DNA of 64,000 nucleotides from Candidatus Omnitrophota bacterium (GTDB lineage Bacteria; Omnitrophota; Gorgyraeia; Gorgyraeales; Gorgyraeaceae): NCBI GenBank assembly GCA_042571405.1, contig JBHPHU010000003.1, positions 3,838 to 67,837 of the forward strand, read 5' to 3'. Shown piece by piece: positions 44,545 to 54,423 of this stretch (position 1 is its first letter; each line of letters starts with the position of its first letter). The notes under the pieces were generated by a model. It saw only the letters and a program-made list of their open reading frames with translations, ran no database searches and was not told where the DNA came from. The position numbers and the translations under genes were made by a program.

Positions 44545-45930
44545 ATGAGATTTGTAAATAGAAAATCCGAACTTTCGTTTCTTAATAGGAAATGGGATGA
44601 AAAAAAATCCCAGCTAATAGTTCTTTATGGAAAACGGCGGGTAGGTAAGACAGAGCTAAGCATTCATTTTTCACAGCGTAAACCTCATATTTATTTTTTA
44701 TGCGAGAGAATATCTTCGCATAAACAATTGCAGAAGTTTACCGCTATGGCAGGGGAATACTTTAAAGATGAGTTTTTGTCATCAGATGGATTTAAAGACT
44801 GGGATACAGCCTTCAAGTACATATCAAGCAAAGGCAGGGAAATGATAATTATAATCGATGAATTTCCGTATCTGGCAGAAACCGAAAGCTCAATCCCCTC
44901 TACGTTCCAAAAGGCATGGGATCTCTATTTAAAGGATTCCAAGATTTGTTTAATACTTTTAGGCTCAAGTATTTCAATGATGGAAAAAACAGTTCTTTTC
45001 TATAGGGCGCCTCTATACGGAAGAAGAACCGGACAATTGCTCATAAAACCTTTTAGTTTCATGGATACAATAGAGGTTTTTCCGGATAAAAGTTTTGAGG
45101 AGATTTTATCCATTTATAGTGTTGTCGGAGGGACCCCGCTTTATCTTAACAAGTTTTTTGGTAAAAAATGGATGGATGTAGTTAAGAATGAAATTCTTAC
45201 AAAGGGACAGCCGCTTTATGAAGAGGTCGAGTTTTTGCTTAGGGAGGAATTAAGAGAACCAAGGAATTACTTTGTTATTTTAGAGGCAATATCATTAGGA
45301 AAGCATAAGCTATCCGAGATCATCAATGAGACAGGCTTTGATAAGGGCACGGTTTCTAGATATATTTCGATTTTAGATAGCCTTCAGATAACGAAAAAAG
45401 AAATACCTGTTACCGAAAAGATACCAGAGAAAAGCAGAAAAGGGATTTACAAAATAGATGATAATTTTTTCAATTTTTGGTTTAGGTTCGTATTCAGGAA
45501 TCGATCGCTTCTTGAAGAGGGCAGGATATCCAGAGTCGTATCGGAGATAGAAGGCGCTGGATCTATACTTTTGGCACAAAACTATGAGAAGGCAGCAAAG
45601 GAGATACTGTCAAATTGCCTCGATAAAAGGAAGCCCTATTTACGTTTTGAGTCTTACGGACGATGGTGGGATAAAAATGGAGAGATAGATTTAGTGGCTA
45701 TAAACAATAGTACAAACGAAATTCTTTTTGGCGAAGTTAAATGGTCTAATAGGCTGATCGGAATAAACATCTACGAAGAACTAAAAGAGAAGGCTCAAGA
45801 GGTAGAATGGGGCACAAAGAACAGAAAAGAATATTTTGCAATATTCAGCAAGTCCGGTTTTACAAAGGACCTGAAAGAAAAAGCAAAAGAAGAAGGCATA
45901 TTTTTATTTCATAAGGATAAGTTGATTTAG
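44545..45930 (+). CDS. DUF234/'archaeal ATPase'-type AAA ATPase
   Basis: FVNRKSELSFLNRKWDEKKSQLIVLYGKRRVGKTEL (Walker A), IIIDEFPYL Walker B, C-terminal DUF234 region. Confidence 0.8.
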   Translation: MRFVNRKSELSFLNRKWDEKKSQLIVLYGKRRVGKTELSIHFSQRKPHIYFLCERISSHKQLQKFTAMAGEYFKDEFLSSDGFKDWDTAFKYISSKGREMIIIIDEFPYLAETESSIPSTFQKAWDLYLKDSKICLILLGSSISMMEKTVLFYRAPLYGRRTGQLLIKPFSFMDTIEVFPDKSFEEILSIYSVVGGTPLYLNKFFGKKWMDVVKNEILTKGQPLYEEVEFLLREELREPRNYFVILEAISLGKHKLSEIINETGFDKGTVSRYISILDSLQITKKEIPVTEKIPEKSRKGIYKIDDNFFNFWFRFVFRNRSLLEEGRISRVVSEIEGAGSILLAQNYEKAAKEILSNCLDKRKPYLRFESYGRWWDKNGEIDLVAINNSTNEILFGEVKWSNRLIGINIYEELKEKAQEVEWGTKNRKEYFAIFSKSGFTKDLKEKAKEEGIFLFHKDKLI

Positions 45931-45983
45931 CAGACCACAAAGGCAGCTACTAATCCCAAAAAGAAACAATCCTACCGAAATAG

Positions 45984-46054
45984 TTCTCGATTTACCCGCC
46001 TTCAGGTGGATTTGCTCGAACAATGTTCTTCGAGCGAGCGAAGCGAGTCGAGAA
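45984..46054. repeat. Family-B foldback repeat, copy 4
   Basis: ttctcgatttacccgccttcaggtggatttgctcgaacaatgttcttcgagcgagcgaagcgagtcgagaa. Confidence 0.6.
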
Positions 46055-46061
46055 GATTTTC

Positions 46062-46112
46062 TTGACGTCAAGGGTATATTATGGTATACTTATACTATTG
46101 TTTATAAAAGAA
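46062..46112 (+). promoter_or_regulatory. promoter block CTTGACGTCAAGGGTATATTATGGTATACTTATACTATTGTTTATAAAAGAATT (copy 1 of 2)
   Basis: TTGACG-17-TATACT; near-identical block at 49128-49180 upstream of the third gene of the leader cluster. Confidence 0.55.
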
Positions 46113-46128
46113 TTTTAGGAGGTATTTT

Positions 46129-47661
46129 ATGATAAAGCTCAAAGGAATTTTTTTTCTTGTTATAGTAGGATTATATCTGTGTGTTAATATATCCGATGCA
46201 TCTGCCCTAAGAATTCCATTGAAAGATGAAAAGTCTTTAGAAACAGTGTCCGGGGTAATGAAGGGTGAATTTACTAATAAATATGGAAAGCTATATGCAA
46301 CTGATGGGAAGGCAAAAGAAGGAAATAAAAATGTCGAAGATCTATTAGATGAAGCAGATGATTTAGGAATAATATTCGTAGATGAACATGGAAAAACTCT
46401 TACTATCGAAAAAATCCGTGATAATCTTATGGTTAACAACGATGAGATAGAAGGTTATCGTGGTGTTCAAATCTTCAGACTTAACGGTAATGACGGAGAA
46501 TTGAAAAGAAATGAAAAATTGTTGGTGTTTTTTAATCGTGGCGCGGGAATTTTTTGGAGGACTATTGACGGACTCTTTTCTATACGTGATAGAAATCATA
46601 TTGAAAGGTTAGAAGCAGAGACAGCAGTGAAAAAAAATATAGTTATTCATGATGAAAAACATGGCGATGTAGCAATGCATCGCGTAAAGTATTCTACGGG
46701 AGAATGGGGATATGAAAGCGATGAGGTTGTTGATAAACATTGGTATAGCTCAGGTTACAAACTTACGATACCTGCAGATAAAGTGAGGTCAGGCGAGATC
46801 AGCACAACTGGTGCCAAAGGAATCAATACTAGCACTACCGGCGGCGGCAATTATGACATAGGCGATTCTCCTACTCAAGGCTTATCTAGAAAAGACAAAA
46901 GAGAAATCGCGAAAAGACAGGCAAAGATAAAAGAAAAAATAGAGAAAGAATTGTACAATATGGCCTATAAAAAGCCGACGGGAGCAAAATATGAAAAGAT
47001 GAAAGAAATGGCATCTGAGATAGGTTATAAGGTTGAAACGAAGCACGAAGGAAACAGAGACTATGTATATGTATATACTGAAACTGGTCATACTATGGCA
47101 AGAGGCAGGGGTGCGCCTGCTAGTGATTCATATGTTGACCGTGATTATGGCGACGCAGACCTACTAGCAAGAGAAAAAGAAGTACTAAAAGCGGTAAATA
47201 GGGCTGATACGCTTCAAGAGGCTCAAGAAATAGCAACTAAAGCAGGTAAGCAGATTGAGCAGAGTGATAGTGGAACATGGTTATGCAGTAGCAGTGGTAT
47301 ACGCGAGGAGAGGCTAGCAAGAAAAGGCTGGGTTTCTAATTGTTTTAGTGACCTTACCTCTACAGAGCTTAGAGATGGAGAGCATTCTATAAAAGAGCTG
47401 GAAGAGTATACAAAGAAAAAACAGAGGCATCGTTCTTACTCGATGATCCATAAGGAGGTTGAGTCTCTTAGACGCTTAAAGCTACTAAAGAGAAAAAAGG
47501 TTGGCGGAATATATTATTATTTCCTAACCGATAGAGGTAAAAAATTATCCCAGCCCCAGATAAATGAATTAATCTCTATGTCTGAATTGCAAAAATATCA
47601 AATCCTCGAAACATCCACAGGGTTTAATATAGTTAATAATAAAATAGCCACCTTTTTATAA
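46129..47661 (+). CDS. leader-cluster protein 1: secreted/anchored hypothetical protein (N-terminal hydrophobic leader + ALRIP)
   Basis: MIKLKGIFFLVIVGLYLCVNISDASALRIPLKDE...; C-terminal ...RLKLLKRKKVGGIYYYFLTDRGKK winged-helix-like segment. Confidence 0.45.
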   Translation: MIKLKGIFFLVIVGLYLCVNISDASALRIPLKDEKSLETVSGVMKGEFTNKYGKLYATDGKAKEGNKNVEDLLDEADDLGIIFVDEHGKTLTIEKIRDNLMVNNDEIEGYRGVQIFRLNGNDGELKRNEKLLVFFNRGAGIFWRTIDGLFSIRDRNHIERLEAETAVKKNIVIHDEKHGDVAMHRVKYSTGEWGYESDEVVDKHWYSSGYKLTIPADKVRSGEISTTGAKGINTSTTGGGNYDIGDSPTQGLSRKDKREIAKRQAKIKEKIEKELYNMAYKKPTGAKYEKMKEMASEIGYKVETKHEGNRDYVYVYTETGHTMARGRGAPASDSYVDRDYGDADLLAREKEVLKAVNRADTLQEAQEIATKAGKQIEQSDSGTWLCSSSGIREERLARKGWVSNCFSDLTSTELRDGEHSIKELEEYTKKKQRHRSYSMIHKEVESLRRLKLLKRKKVGGIYYYFLTDRGKKLSQPQINELISMSELQKYQILETSTGFNIVNNKIATFL

Positions 47662-47723
47662 TATATTTAGGGCATCCTCCCCTCCTTAATGATGCCCTAC
47701 AGCTTTCTAATCGGGTATAACTT

Positions 47724-49043
47724 ATGTTTTGTTTACAACAAACAAAAAATCGAATATCCACTAAACTCATCTCGCTTATACTGGCACAGGTGTTTTTATG
47801 CGCGGGCATAGTTTATCCTGACGCGGCTCACTTAAGGCCGATGCTGAAAAGTACTAGGAGTGCTGATTTAGAAATGATCGAAATGATGAAAAAAAAGTAC
47901 AAGAAAAAAAATGAATCCGCTGAGAAAAAGATTTTACCAATAAAACCAGAATATGCATATGCGCCTGCTGATGCCGCGGCAAAACTAGAATTGCAACAAA
48001 AGAAAGATTCTTTAGACAGGACTTATGGCAAGTGGGATGAACAAATAGCTTTTAAAAAAATGGACGAGCTGCAGGAAGAAATACGCCAGAAATTTCAGGA
48101 AGTAGTATCTGATTCTGGTATTAGAATACATCGTGACGACATACTGGCTTTAATGCGCTACAGCGAATATTTTAGGATCTTGATAGAGATCATGGATAGG
48201 TTAGGTGATGATCGGATAGCAGAAAAAACCCACAACTCTATAAAACGCTATCGGAAATTGTCTTCTGATAGAAGGTCAGCAGCCAGAAAAACTTGGTACG
48301 AGAAATACGAAAACATGAAGGATGAACAAACAACTCTTTTCGATGAATTGAAAAATATAAAGACTACGGATTTATTTCTGCATTTTTCTATATGGGATCA
48401 GAAGATAACCAAAAATGTATTTGTGGATTTTTTATTAAAAGAAATTTTAAATCAAGATACAGCAACCTCGAAAAAGCTAGTAAACAATCTGAGAGATTTA
48501 GATAAAAATCGCATCGAATTGGTGCATTGGGATTTAATGAATCGTTTTCCCGGGAAACAAGGCCTTGTTCTATTTCATGGAACAGAAAGCTATAGAGAAT
48601 CAGATCGTTTCCATGATGGGTCAGGTTATTTAACTATACCTGCTTTTTTTACGGATATTCCGGACTATACACAACATTTTGTGAATTCAGAATTGGGCGG
48701 AGCGATGGTCGTGGCCAGGATACCGTTTGAAAAGATATTATATGTCGCACTTCTTTTTACAAAAGACGAGAAAAGCCTTGAGGAGCCTGAAATATCAGTA
48801 ATGCCCGGGCCATTGAGCGAGTTAAATACACAAATTTTTTATATATCAGCACCCGCATATGAAAAATTCAAATTCGAATATATGAAAAAAAGAGCCTCTT
48901 CTTACAGCCTGACGACAATAACCGATATACATGGGAAGTTTCAAGATGATATCGATAACCTCAGTTTTCAAAAAGGGCAGCTTGAATATCAAAGCCCTGT
49001 CATCCTAAAGTCGACTAACAAAAAAGTTAGAGAGTCATTATAG
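47724..49043 (+). CDS. leader-cluster protein 2: hypothetical protein with N-terminal leader + HLRPMLKS motif
   Basis: MFCLQQTKNRISTKLISLILAQVFLCAGIVYPDAAHLRPMLKSTRS...; no recognised domain. Confidence 0.45.
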   Translation: MFCLQQTKNRISTKLISLILAQVFLCAGIVYPDAAHLRPMLKSTRSADLEMIEMMKKKYKKKNESAEKKILPIKPEYAYAPADAAAKLELQQKKDSLDRTYGKWDEQIAFKKMDELQEEIRQKFQEVVSDSGIRIHRDDILALMRYSEYFRILIEIMDRLGDDRIAEKTHNSIKRYRKLSSDRRSAARKTWYEKYENMKDEQTTLFDELKNIKTTDLFLHFSIWDQKITKNVFVDFLLKEILNQDTATSKKLVNNLRDLDKNRIELVHWDLMNRFPGKQGLVLFHGTESYRESDRFHDGSGYLTIPAFFTDIPDYTQHFVNSELGGAMVVARIPFEKILYVALLFTKDEKSLEEPEISVMPGPLSELNTQIFYISAPAYEKFKFEYMKKRASSYSLTTITDIHGKFQDDIDNLSFQKGQLEYQSPVILKSTNKKVRESL

Positions 49044-49127
49044 GCCAGGTTTAAACCTGGCCCACTTGCTTGACCCGCCAAAAAGCTTGGCGAGGTCTGC
49101 GTGAAGTCTGCCTTTTTGGCAGACTTC

Positions 49128-49180
49128 ACTTGACATCAAAATGGTTTATGTTATACTTATAGTATAGTTTATAAAAGAAT
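49128..49180 (+). promoter_or_regulatory. promoter block copy 2 (TTGACA-16-TATACT + conserved TTATAAAAGAATT), followed by ~220-nt leader
   Basis: cttgacatcaaaatggtttatgttatacttatagtatagtttataaaagaatt; small GGGCATTGCCCC-TTTTTT hairpin at ~49308-49330 in the leader. Confidence 0.5.
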
Positions 49181-49402
49181 TAAAACTATTATTAGCATAC
49201 AGATATAGAGAAAACTACGCCATGGGGTTCTATGAGTATGTCAAATTTGAAAAGAGTGTATAGACAGGTATGGTTTTGTCTGGCTTTTTATTTAGATTTT
49301 AAGAATATTTCGGGCATTGCCCCTTTTTTGAGCAAGGCCTCTCTCCCATGGCAGAGGACTACTCTGTTATAAATATGGGGCATGTCCGATAGCGAGGAGC
49401 GT

Positions 49403-52400
49403 ATGATTAAAAAGATTATCTCACTCATTGTGGTGTATGTATTTCTTATAGCAGGGACAGGATATCCTGCTGTATTTAGCAATGGAAAATTAAGACCTGC
49501 TATGGAATTCGGAAGAAGCACTGATGATGGGCTTGAAACGATAACTAGAGAATTCGACAAATTATTGAAGCACTGGAAGAAGGTGGCGCGGCTATTAGAA
49601 GAATCCCCTTTTTCCAATGTAATGCCTATATATAAAAATCTCTATGAATTTAGCACAAGGCCATGGTTTAAGTATAGCACGAAGCTTAAAAAACTTTTTA
49701 ACATGATAGACAAGGATCTTTGGAGGGAATATAAAGATAAACCGCATTTATTCATAGAAAAGGTCAGCATGGAAAAATGGAAATATATTACCAGAGATGA
49801 TGATTTCATAAAACTCTATAAAGAAGCAGTAAAATCATACGCCTCATATACAGGTTCAGGCAAAATAGCGCAGGGCATAGACCCTGCGGCAGAGCTGTTT
49901 TTCAAGGCCGGCCAGAATAAGCACGAGCCCATGTGGTTAAAGTTACGGATTACGGCAAATGTCTTGTTGCGACATGGGTCAAGCCAGACTCCGGATGACA
50001 TAAGAGAAGAAGTCGAGAACACGCTGAAGGCTCACAATCTTATACATAAAGACGCTGTTATTAAAACAGAGGAAGTGGAGTACTTTTTGGAACAGCTTGC
50101 CTCTGTCAGGCTGATCGGTAAGAGAGTTGAAAAGCTGACTGATTTAGATAGACAGATGGGACTATATAGCATAGAAACCAGAACAGCCTATATTGTTAAT
50201 AACGAAAGCAGATTGGCTATTTGGGCAAATGACTGGGAGTATATAGGAAATGAGATAAAAGAAGTAATAGAAAATAAAGAGGAGCTTAAAGCCAGGCTTT
50301 TGGAATACGAAAGCATCTGTGAGCAGTTATGGCCCAATTATTTTGTTGAAGATTTCAATGCAGTGATGTTTGCGGCTGCCGGATTGGATCCGGATATGCA
50401 GAAGATTTTGCTTGAGAAGATATCTGATTTCGAGACAGACGACCCTGCTGATTTTTATAATCATCGTATATTTGATGATATAAGGCTTACGCTCCTGCCT
50501 TCATCAGGCATTAGTTCTGATTGGCTAAAGCATTACGCGTCTAATCTTATAGGAAAGACACTGGTTATTGTTAGTCCGGAGATCTCATATCATAAAGGCG
50601 GGCTTGCCCATGTGCTTAATGATGAGACTATAGCTATGCTGCGTTTTGCCAAGACGCATGGTTTAAGCGTTGTCTGGGTTGAACCATATTATAAGGATTC
50701 CGAAGGAGATAGAGAACGTGTAAAGGAATTTGAAGTCATGTATAAAGGCATCCCAATCGCAACAGAGATATATAAATGCAATAAGGTATTTAATATCCCT
50801 AATGAAGAAGGAGAAATAGAGACTTTTGAAATACCTACTTATCAGATCCGGGACAAAGGCCACAAACTTATACACACGATATATAAGTATAAAGAGCCAG
50901 GCAAGGACGGACCTGACAGGCCTGTTACGCTTTTTGAATTCTCCAATTTTTTTCCGCAGTCCGTAGTCGAAGCGCTTAATCTTATGCTTAATGAGGGCAA
51001 TGGAGACTGGAAGAATCCTGTTATTTTGCCTCAAGATGGACAATGTCTATCTTTTTCGTTCTGGAGACGCTGGATGTATGCTTTTAATAAAAGCACATAT
51101 AAATTATTGAAAAGTGTGCCTGTTATAGGAAGGACACACACTTATAAAAATAGAGGCAGGATTTGGTTTGATAGTCTGGAAGATGCGCATAAGTTTTTGG
51201 ATAAACAGCTCCATGGTTTATCCAGGGCATATCATCATTATTGGATAGGAAAGGATGTCAATGGACAAGGCCAACCAAAGTATGTAGTTGATTTGAGCAG
51301 TTCGGGTTTGCGGACCAGCGAAGCTGTGACTGGTGTGGCGCGAATACATGTTTTTGAGATGAATCCTCTTGATCCGCGGAATATTGAAAAAAGCGTGACA
51401 AATGGTGATGAGCTTGGCCGTACTGCTGAACTGTTTAATAAAACAGCAAGAGCGCTATACAAAGATTTAATATCAAAGACCATTGATTACCTGGCTCCCG
51501 ATAGAATAAAGAGGATCAAAAAAGAGAGAAAAAGATCTCTTGTAAGGATACTCGAAAAGAAAACAGAAGGTGTTCATGGATATATGAAAATTAATACCGA
51601 CGAGATCACTCTTACTGCCGCATTAAGAGGGGTTCCTGAAAAGCTTCCTATGGGGCCTGAGATTTCAGACAAGTACAATATGGACATAAAGATGGCACCT
51701 GCATGGACGCCCGGAAATATAAGAGAATGGGTAAAGCAAGGTGTTCAGATCGTTATTTTTGGGAACAGGCAGGAGTATGGGGACAGTGAACATATTTGTG
51801 ATGAATTAAAGGCATTGGCTGAAGAGATCAAGCTTGATAAAGAAACGAACAAAGAAAATTCTAGTTACGCAAAAGGTACGTTTATATTTGTAGACAAATT
51901 TACACCAGGAGAAAAGCGCGCCTTGCTTTCAGCTGCGGATATACAGATGCTTATTTCGGCAAGAGAGAAGACCAAAGGCACTGAGGCAGCTGGGTTGAGC
52001 GAGACAAATTCAGCAGGTAATTATTCGATAACCATAGGTCCTGTGTGGATAGAGGGCATTTTAAATAGCGCTCCATTGATTAATTTTGATAAGCCTGGAA
52101 TGGGAGGCACTGTAACACCCTATGCTGATACAGAAGGGGCGTATTTTAATACAGTTATGCGGCTTGTTAAGCAATATAAGGAAAATTATGAAGATTTTGC
52201 TAAAAATCAGCAGGCTGCAAGAGTTTTAAATCAGACTATGAAGATAGCCAGGACAGGCGCGGCATATTTGAGGTTTTATAATGATGTAGTAATGGATAAA
52301 GAGACTTTTGATATTGAGTTAGAATATCGTAATCCTGTCTTGACCAAAGCAGGGGTGGAGTTAAATGGTATATATGTTGGAAAGTTAAGCCCTGAGCTTG

Positions 52401-52741
52401 ATGAGGATAATATTAGCAAAGGCATAGTTACTGTAGAAGCTGAATTGTTTCTCTCTCCCGGGGTCCAGCCTCCGGAAGTAGCGGTTAATACCAACGTAGA
52501 CGCAGATCCAAAAAAAGATAATTGGGAAGAACATGTTCTTAAACTTGACAGCTTTGATGGTCATAGAGCTGTATACAGTCTTGAAATAAAGGCTCATCCT
52601 GACAGGAAGAATGCTGCATTAACATGGAGGCTTGGCCCTGGCGGGTGGCTCGCGGATGTATATTCTGATGCTAAAATAATTATAGAACAGAGTATTAGTA
52701 CCACGGCCCAAACTATTAAAGAAATAAATATTGATTTGTAA
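49403..52741 (+). CDS. leader-cluster protein 3: large (1112 aa) protein with N-terminal leader + KLRPAMEF motif and a GT-B-fold glycosyltransferase-like domain (glycogen-synthase-type K-GGL motif)
   Basis: MIKKIISLIVVYVFLIAGTGYPAVFSNGKLRPAMEFGRS; LVIVSPEISYHKGGLAHVLNDE...GLSVVWVEPYY resembles GT5/GT35 N-terminal K(T)GGL(A)DV...P-Y motif; later SAREKTKGTEAAGLSETNSAGNYSITIGPV resembles GT-B C-terminal E..G...E..GL motif. Alternative start 49382. Confidence 0.45.
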   Translation: MIKKIISLIVVYVFLIAGTGYPAVFSNGKLRPAMEFGRSTDDGLETITREFDKLLKHWKKVARLLEESPFSNVMPIYKNLYEFSTRPWFKYSTKLKKLFNMIDKDLWREYKDKPHLFIEKVSMEKWKYITRDDDFIKLYKEAVKSYASYTGSGKIAQGIDPAAELFFKAGQNKHEPMWLKLRITANVLLRHGSSQTPDDIREEVENTLKAHNLIHKDAVIKTEEVEYFLEQLASVRLIGKRVEKLTDLDRQMGLYSIETRTAYIVNNESRLAIWANDWEYIGNEIKEVIENKEELKARLLEYESICEQLWPNYFVEDFNAVMFAAAGLDPDMQKILLEKISDFETDDPADFYNHRIFDDIRLTLLPSSGISSDWLKHYASNLIGKTLVIVSPEISYHKGGLAHVLNDETIAMLRFAKTHGLSVVWVEPYYKDSEGDRERVKEFEVMYKGIPIATEIYKCNKVFNIPNEEGEIETFEIPTYQIRDKGHKLIHTIYKYKEPGKDGPDRPVTLFEFSNFFPQSVVEALNLMLNEGNGDWKNPVILPQDGQCLSFSFWRRWMYAFNKSTYKLLKSVPVIGRTHTYKNRGRIWFDSLEDAHKFLDKQLHGLSRAYHHYWIGKDVNGQGQPKYVVDLSSSGLRTSEAVTGVARIHVFEMNPLDPRNIEKSVTNGDELGRTAELFNKTARALYKDLISKTIDYLAPDRIKRIKKERKRSLVRILEKKTEGVHGYMKINTDEITLTAALRGVPEKLPMGPEISDKYNMDIKMAPAWTPGNIREWVKQGVQIVIFGNRQEYGDSEHICDELKALAEEIKLDKETNKENSSYAKGTFIFVDKFTPGEKRALLSAADIQMLISAREKTKGTEAAGLSETNSAGNYSITIGPVWIEGILNSAPLINFDKPGMGGTVTPYADTEGAYFNTVMRLVKQYKENYEDFAKNQQAARVLNQTMKIARTGAAYLRFYNDVVMDKETFDIELEYRNPVLTKAGVELNGIYVGKLSPELDEDNISKGIVTVEAELFLSPGVQPPEVAVNTNVDADPKKDNWEEHVLKLDSFDGHRAVYSLEIKAHPDRKNAALTWRLGPGGWLADVYSDAKIIIEQSISTTAQTIKEINIDL

Positions 52742-52767
52742 TTCACATTATTTATGGGAACTAAAAT

Positions 52768-54402
52768 ATGCTTAACAAGATAATTTCGCTTATTATATTG
52801 CAGGTATTTTTGGTTACGACCTTGGGGAGTACTGCGCCTTTGCAGGAGACGACTCTCAGGCCTATGATGGCATTCAGTGGCAACTACGCAGAGCTTTTGA
52901 TCGAAGGAGCAGAGAAATTTTATAGGGCAGGGGAATACGAAAAGGCATTTGAGGGACTTATAAATGCTTTGGAAAATATGGATAAGGCAGATGCTGAGAA
53001 AGTATCTAAGAGTGTGACAACTATTCTTAAAGAATCAAGCAAGCTTATTAATGACATGGTCGACTATCTTGGTGAGTTGTTGGATTCTGATGATTTACAA
53101 CCTATTAGAGATATGCAGGATCAGGCCCAAGTGATTTCCATGACATTGACCACAGCCTCTAATAGAAATTTTGACACGAAAATTATCATTGGTTTGCTTA
53201 AAAATATGGTTATGTTTTCGGATTTTGTTAAAAATGAAATAAATAATATTGAGATCAATCTTGGCGAAGATAAAGATACCGAAACAGAAAAAGCAAAACA
53301 AACTAAGGGTTATGTCTTTGTATGTTCTTTAAAAATAATAAAGACAGGATTTGAGATTTTTGAAGCAAGAAAAAGTACAGAAAATACGATATCTGAAACA
53401 GATCTTTTGGATTTGTCTGAGAAGTTTTATAGGGAACGCTCGCATATGGAAGCTTTCAATGTTTTAAGTGAAATATCATCTGGCCTTACATCCAGGGCGG
53501 ATGTAAATTATAAGTGCAGAGAAATAGGTCAAAAGCTCCACGATATTAACAATGCCCTGACTACTGTGTTTGGTGGGTGGTATTTATTGGGAATAGATTC
53601 TCTGGAGGTGGACGAAGAAGATAGGGATATACTTAATTATATGGATATTCAAAATAGGAAGCTTACAAAATTACGCGAATCAATTTTACAGATATTGAGG
53701 CTTAAAGAAATGCCGTTTAAGATTAAAAAATATTTTTTATACGATGCTATCATGTTGTTAGGAGAGCATGTGGTCCTTTGTAATTATATCATAAACAATT
53801 TCCCTATTTCTTTTACCAAGGAAGACGACATCTACAATTTTGAATCTTTTATTTTAAATGGTTTAAAAAAGACAATTTCTATAGCGGTGTCTGATCTTGT
53901 CGAAGAAGAACAAGCCATGGTTGATGTATATCAGGTGCTAATTGAAATTCAACAGTTCTTCCAATTGGAATACGATGAGTTTACGATTGAGGTTGATGAA
54001 AGTTTGGCATTTTTTCCAAAAGTTTATTCTAGAAAAACAGAAATTGAAAGAGTTTTTCGTAATCTAATTTTCAATGCTCCTATTCATGGAGGAGTTGATT
54101 TTTCTAAGGTTAAAATTTCGGGAGAACCAACCGAAGAAAATATTAAAATCACAATAGAAGATAATGGCGTGGGTATTGATTCTGAACGGGGAAATATTTA
54201 CGATTATGCTAATACTGATGGAGAAGGGTCAGGTATGGGCCTTTCTAGCGTAAAAGGGCTCTTAAGAAAATATAACGCTACAATAAGACAAGGAAAGAGT
54301 TCAGAATTAAAAGGTGCAAAGTTTACAGTTACCTTTCCTGTGAATGGAGCTAGTTTGCAGAATAAAGTATCAAAGTCGGCAGTATTAAATGAGTGCATAT
54401 AA
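52768..54402 (+). CDS. leader-cluster protein 4: histidine kinase-like protein (H-box + HATPase_c) with N-terminal leader + TLRPMMAF motif
   Basis: MLNKIISLIILQVFLVTTLGSTAPLQETTLRPMMAFSG; H-box LHDINNALTTV; N-box RVFRNLIFNAPIHGG; G1 IEDNGVGID; G2 GSGMGLSSV. No cognate response regulator in window. Confidence 0.6.
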   Translation: MLNKIISLIILQVFLVTTLGSTAPLQETTLRPMMAFSGNYAELLIEGAEKFYRAGEYEKAFEGLINALENMDKADAEKVSKSVTTILKESSKLINDMVDYLGELLDSDDLQPIRDMQDQAQVISMTLTTASNRNFDTKIIIGLLKNMVMFSDFVKNEINNIEINLGEDKDTETEKAKQTKGYVFVCSLKIIKTGFEIFEARKSTENTISETDLLDLSEKFYRERSHMEAFNVLSEISSGLTSRADVNYKCREIGQKLHDINNALTTVFGGWYLLGIDSLEVDEEDRDILNYMDIQNRKLTKLRESILQILRLKEMPFKIKKYFLYDAIMLLGEHVVLCNYIINNFPISFTKEDDIYNFESFILNGLKKTISIAVSDLVEEEQAMVDVYQVLIEIQQFFQLEYDEFTIEVDESLAFFPKVYSRKTEIERVFRNLIFNAPIHGGVDFSKVKISGEPTEENIKITIEDNGVGIDSERGNIYDYANTDGEGSGMGLSSVKGLLRKYNATIRQGKSSELKGAKFTVTFPVNGASLQNKVSKSAVLNECI

Positions 54403-54423
54403 AGTTTTTCTAATATATGTTTT

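Noticed and set aside
20600-46054. Possibility that Family-B repeats are a CRISPR array
   Set aside because: Copies are tens of kb apart, internally palindromic with variable cores, and each follows a gene 3' end. There is no regular repeat-spacer periodicity and there are no cas genes.
49288-49617. Minus-strand 109-aa ORF overlapping the promoter-proximal leader and start of leader-cluster gene 3
   Set aside because: Antisense to the 5' leader and start of a strongly supported + strand gene; no RBS; likely spurious.
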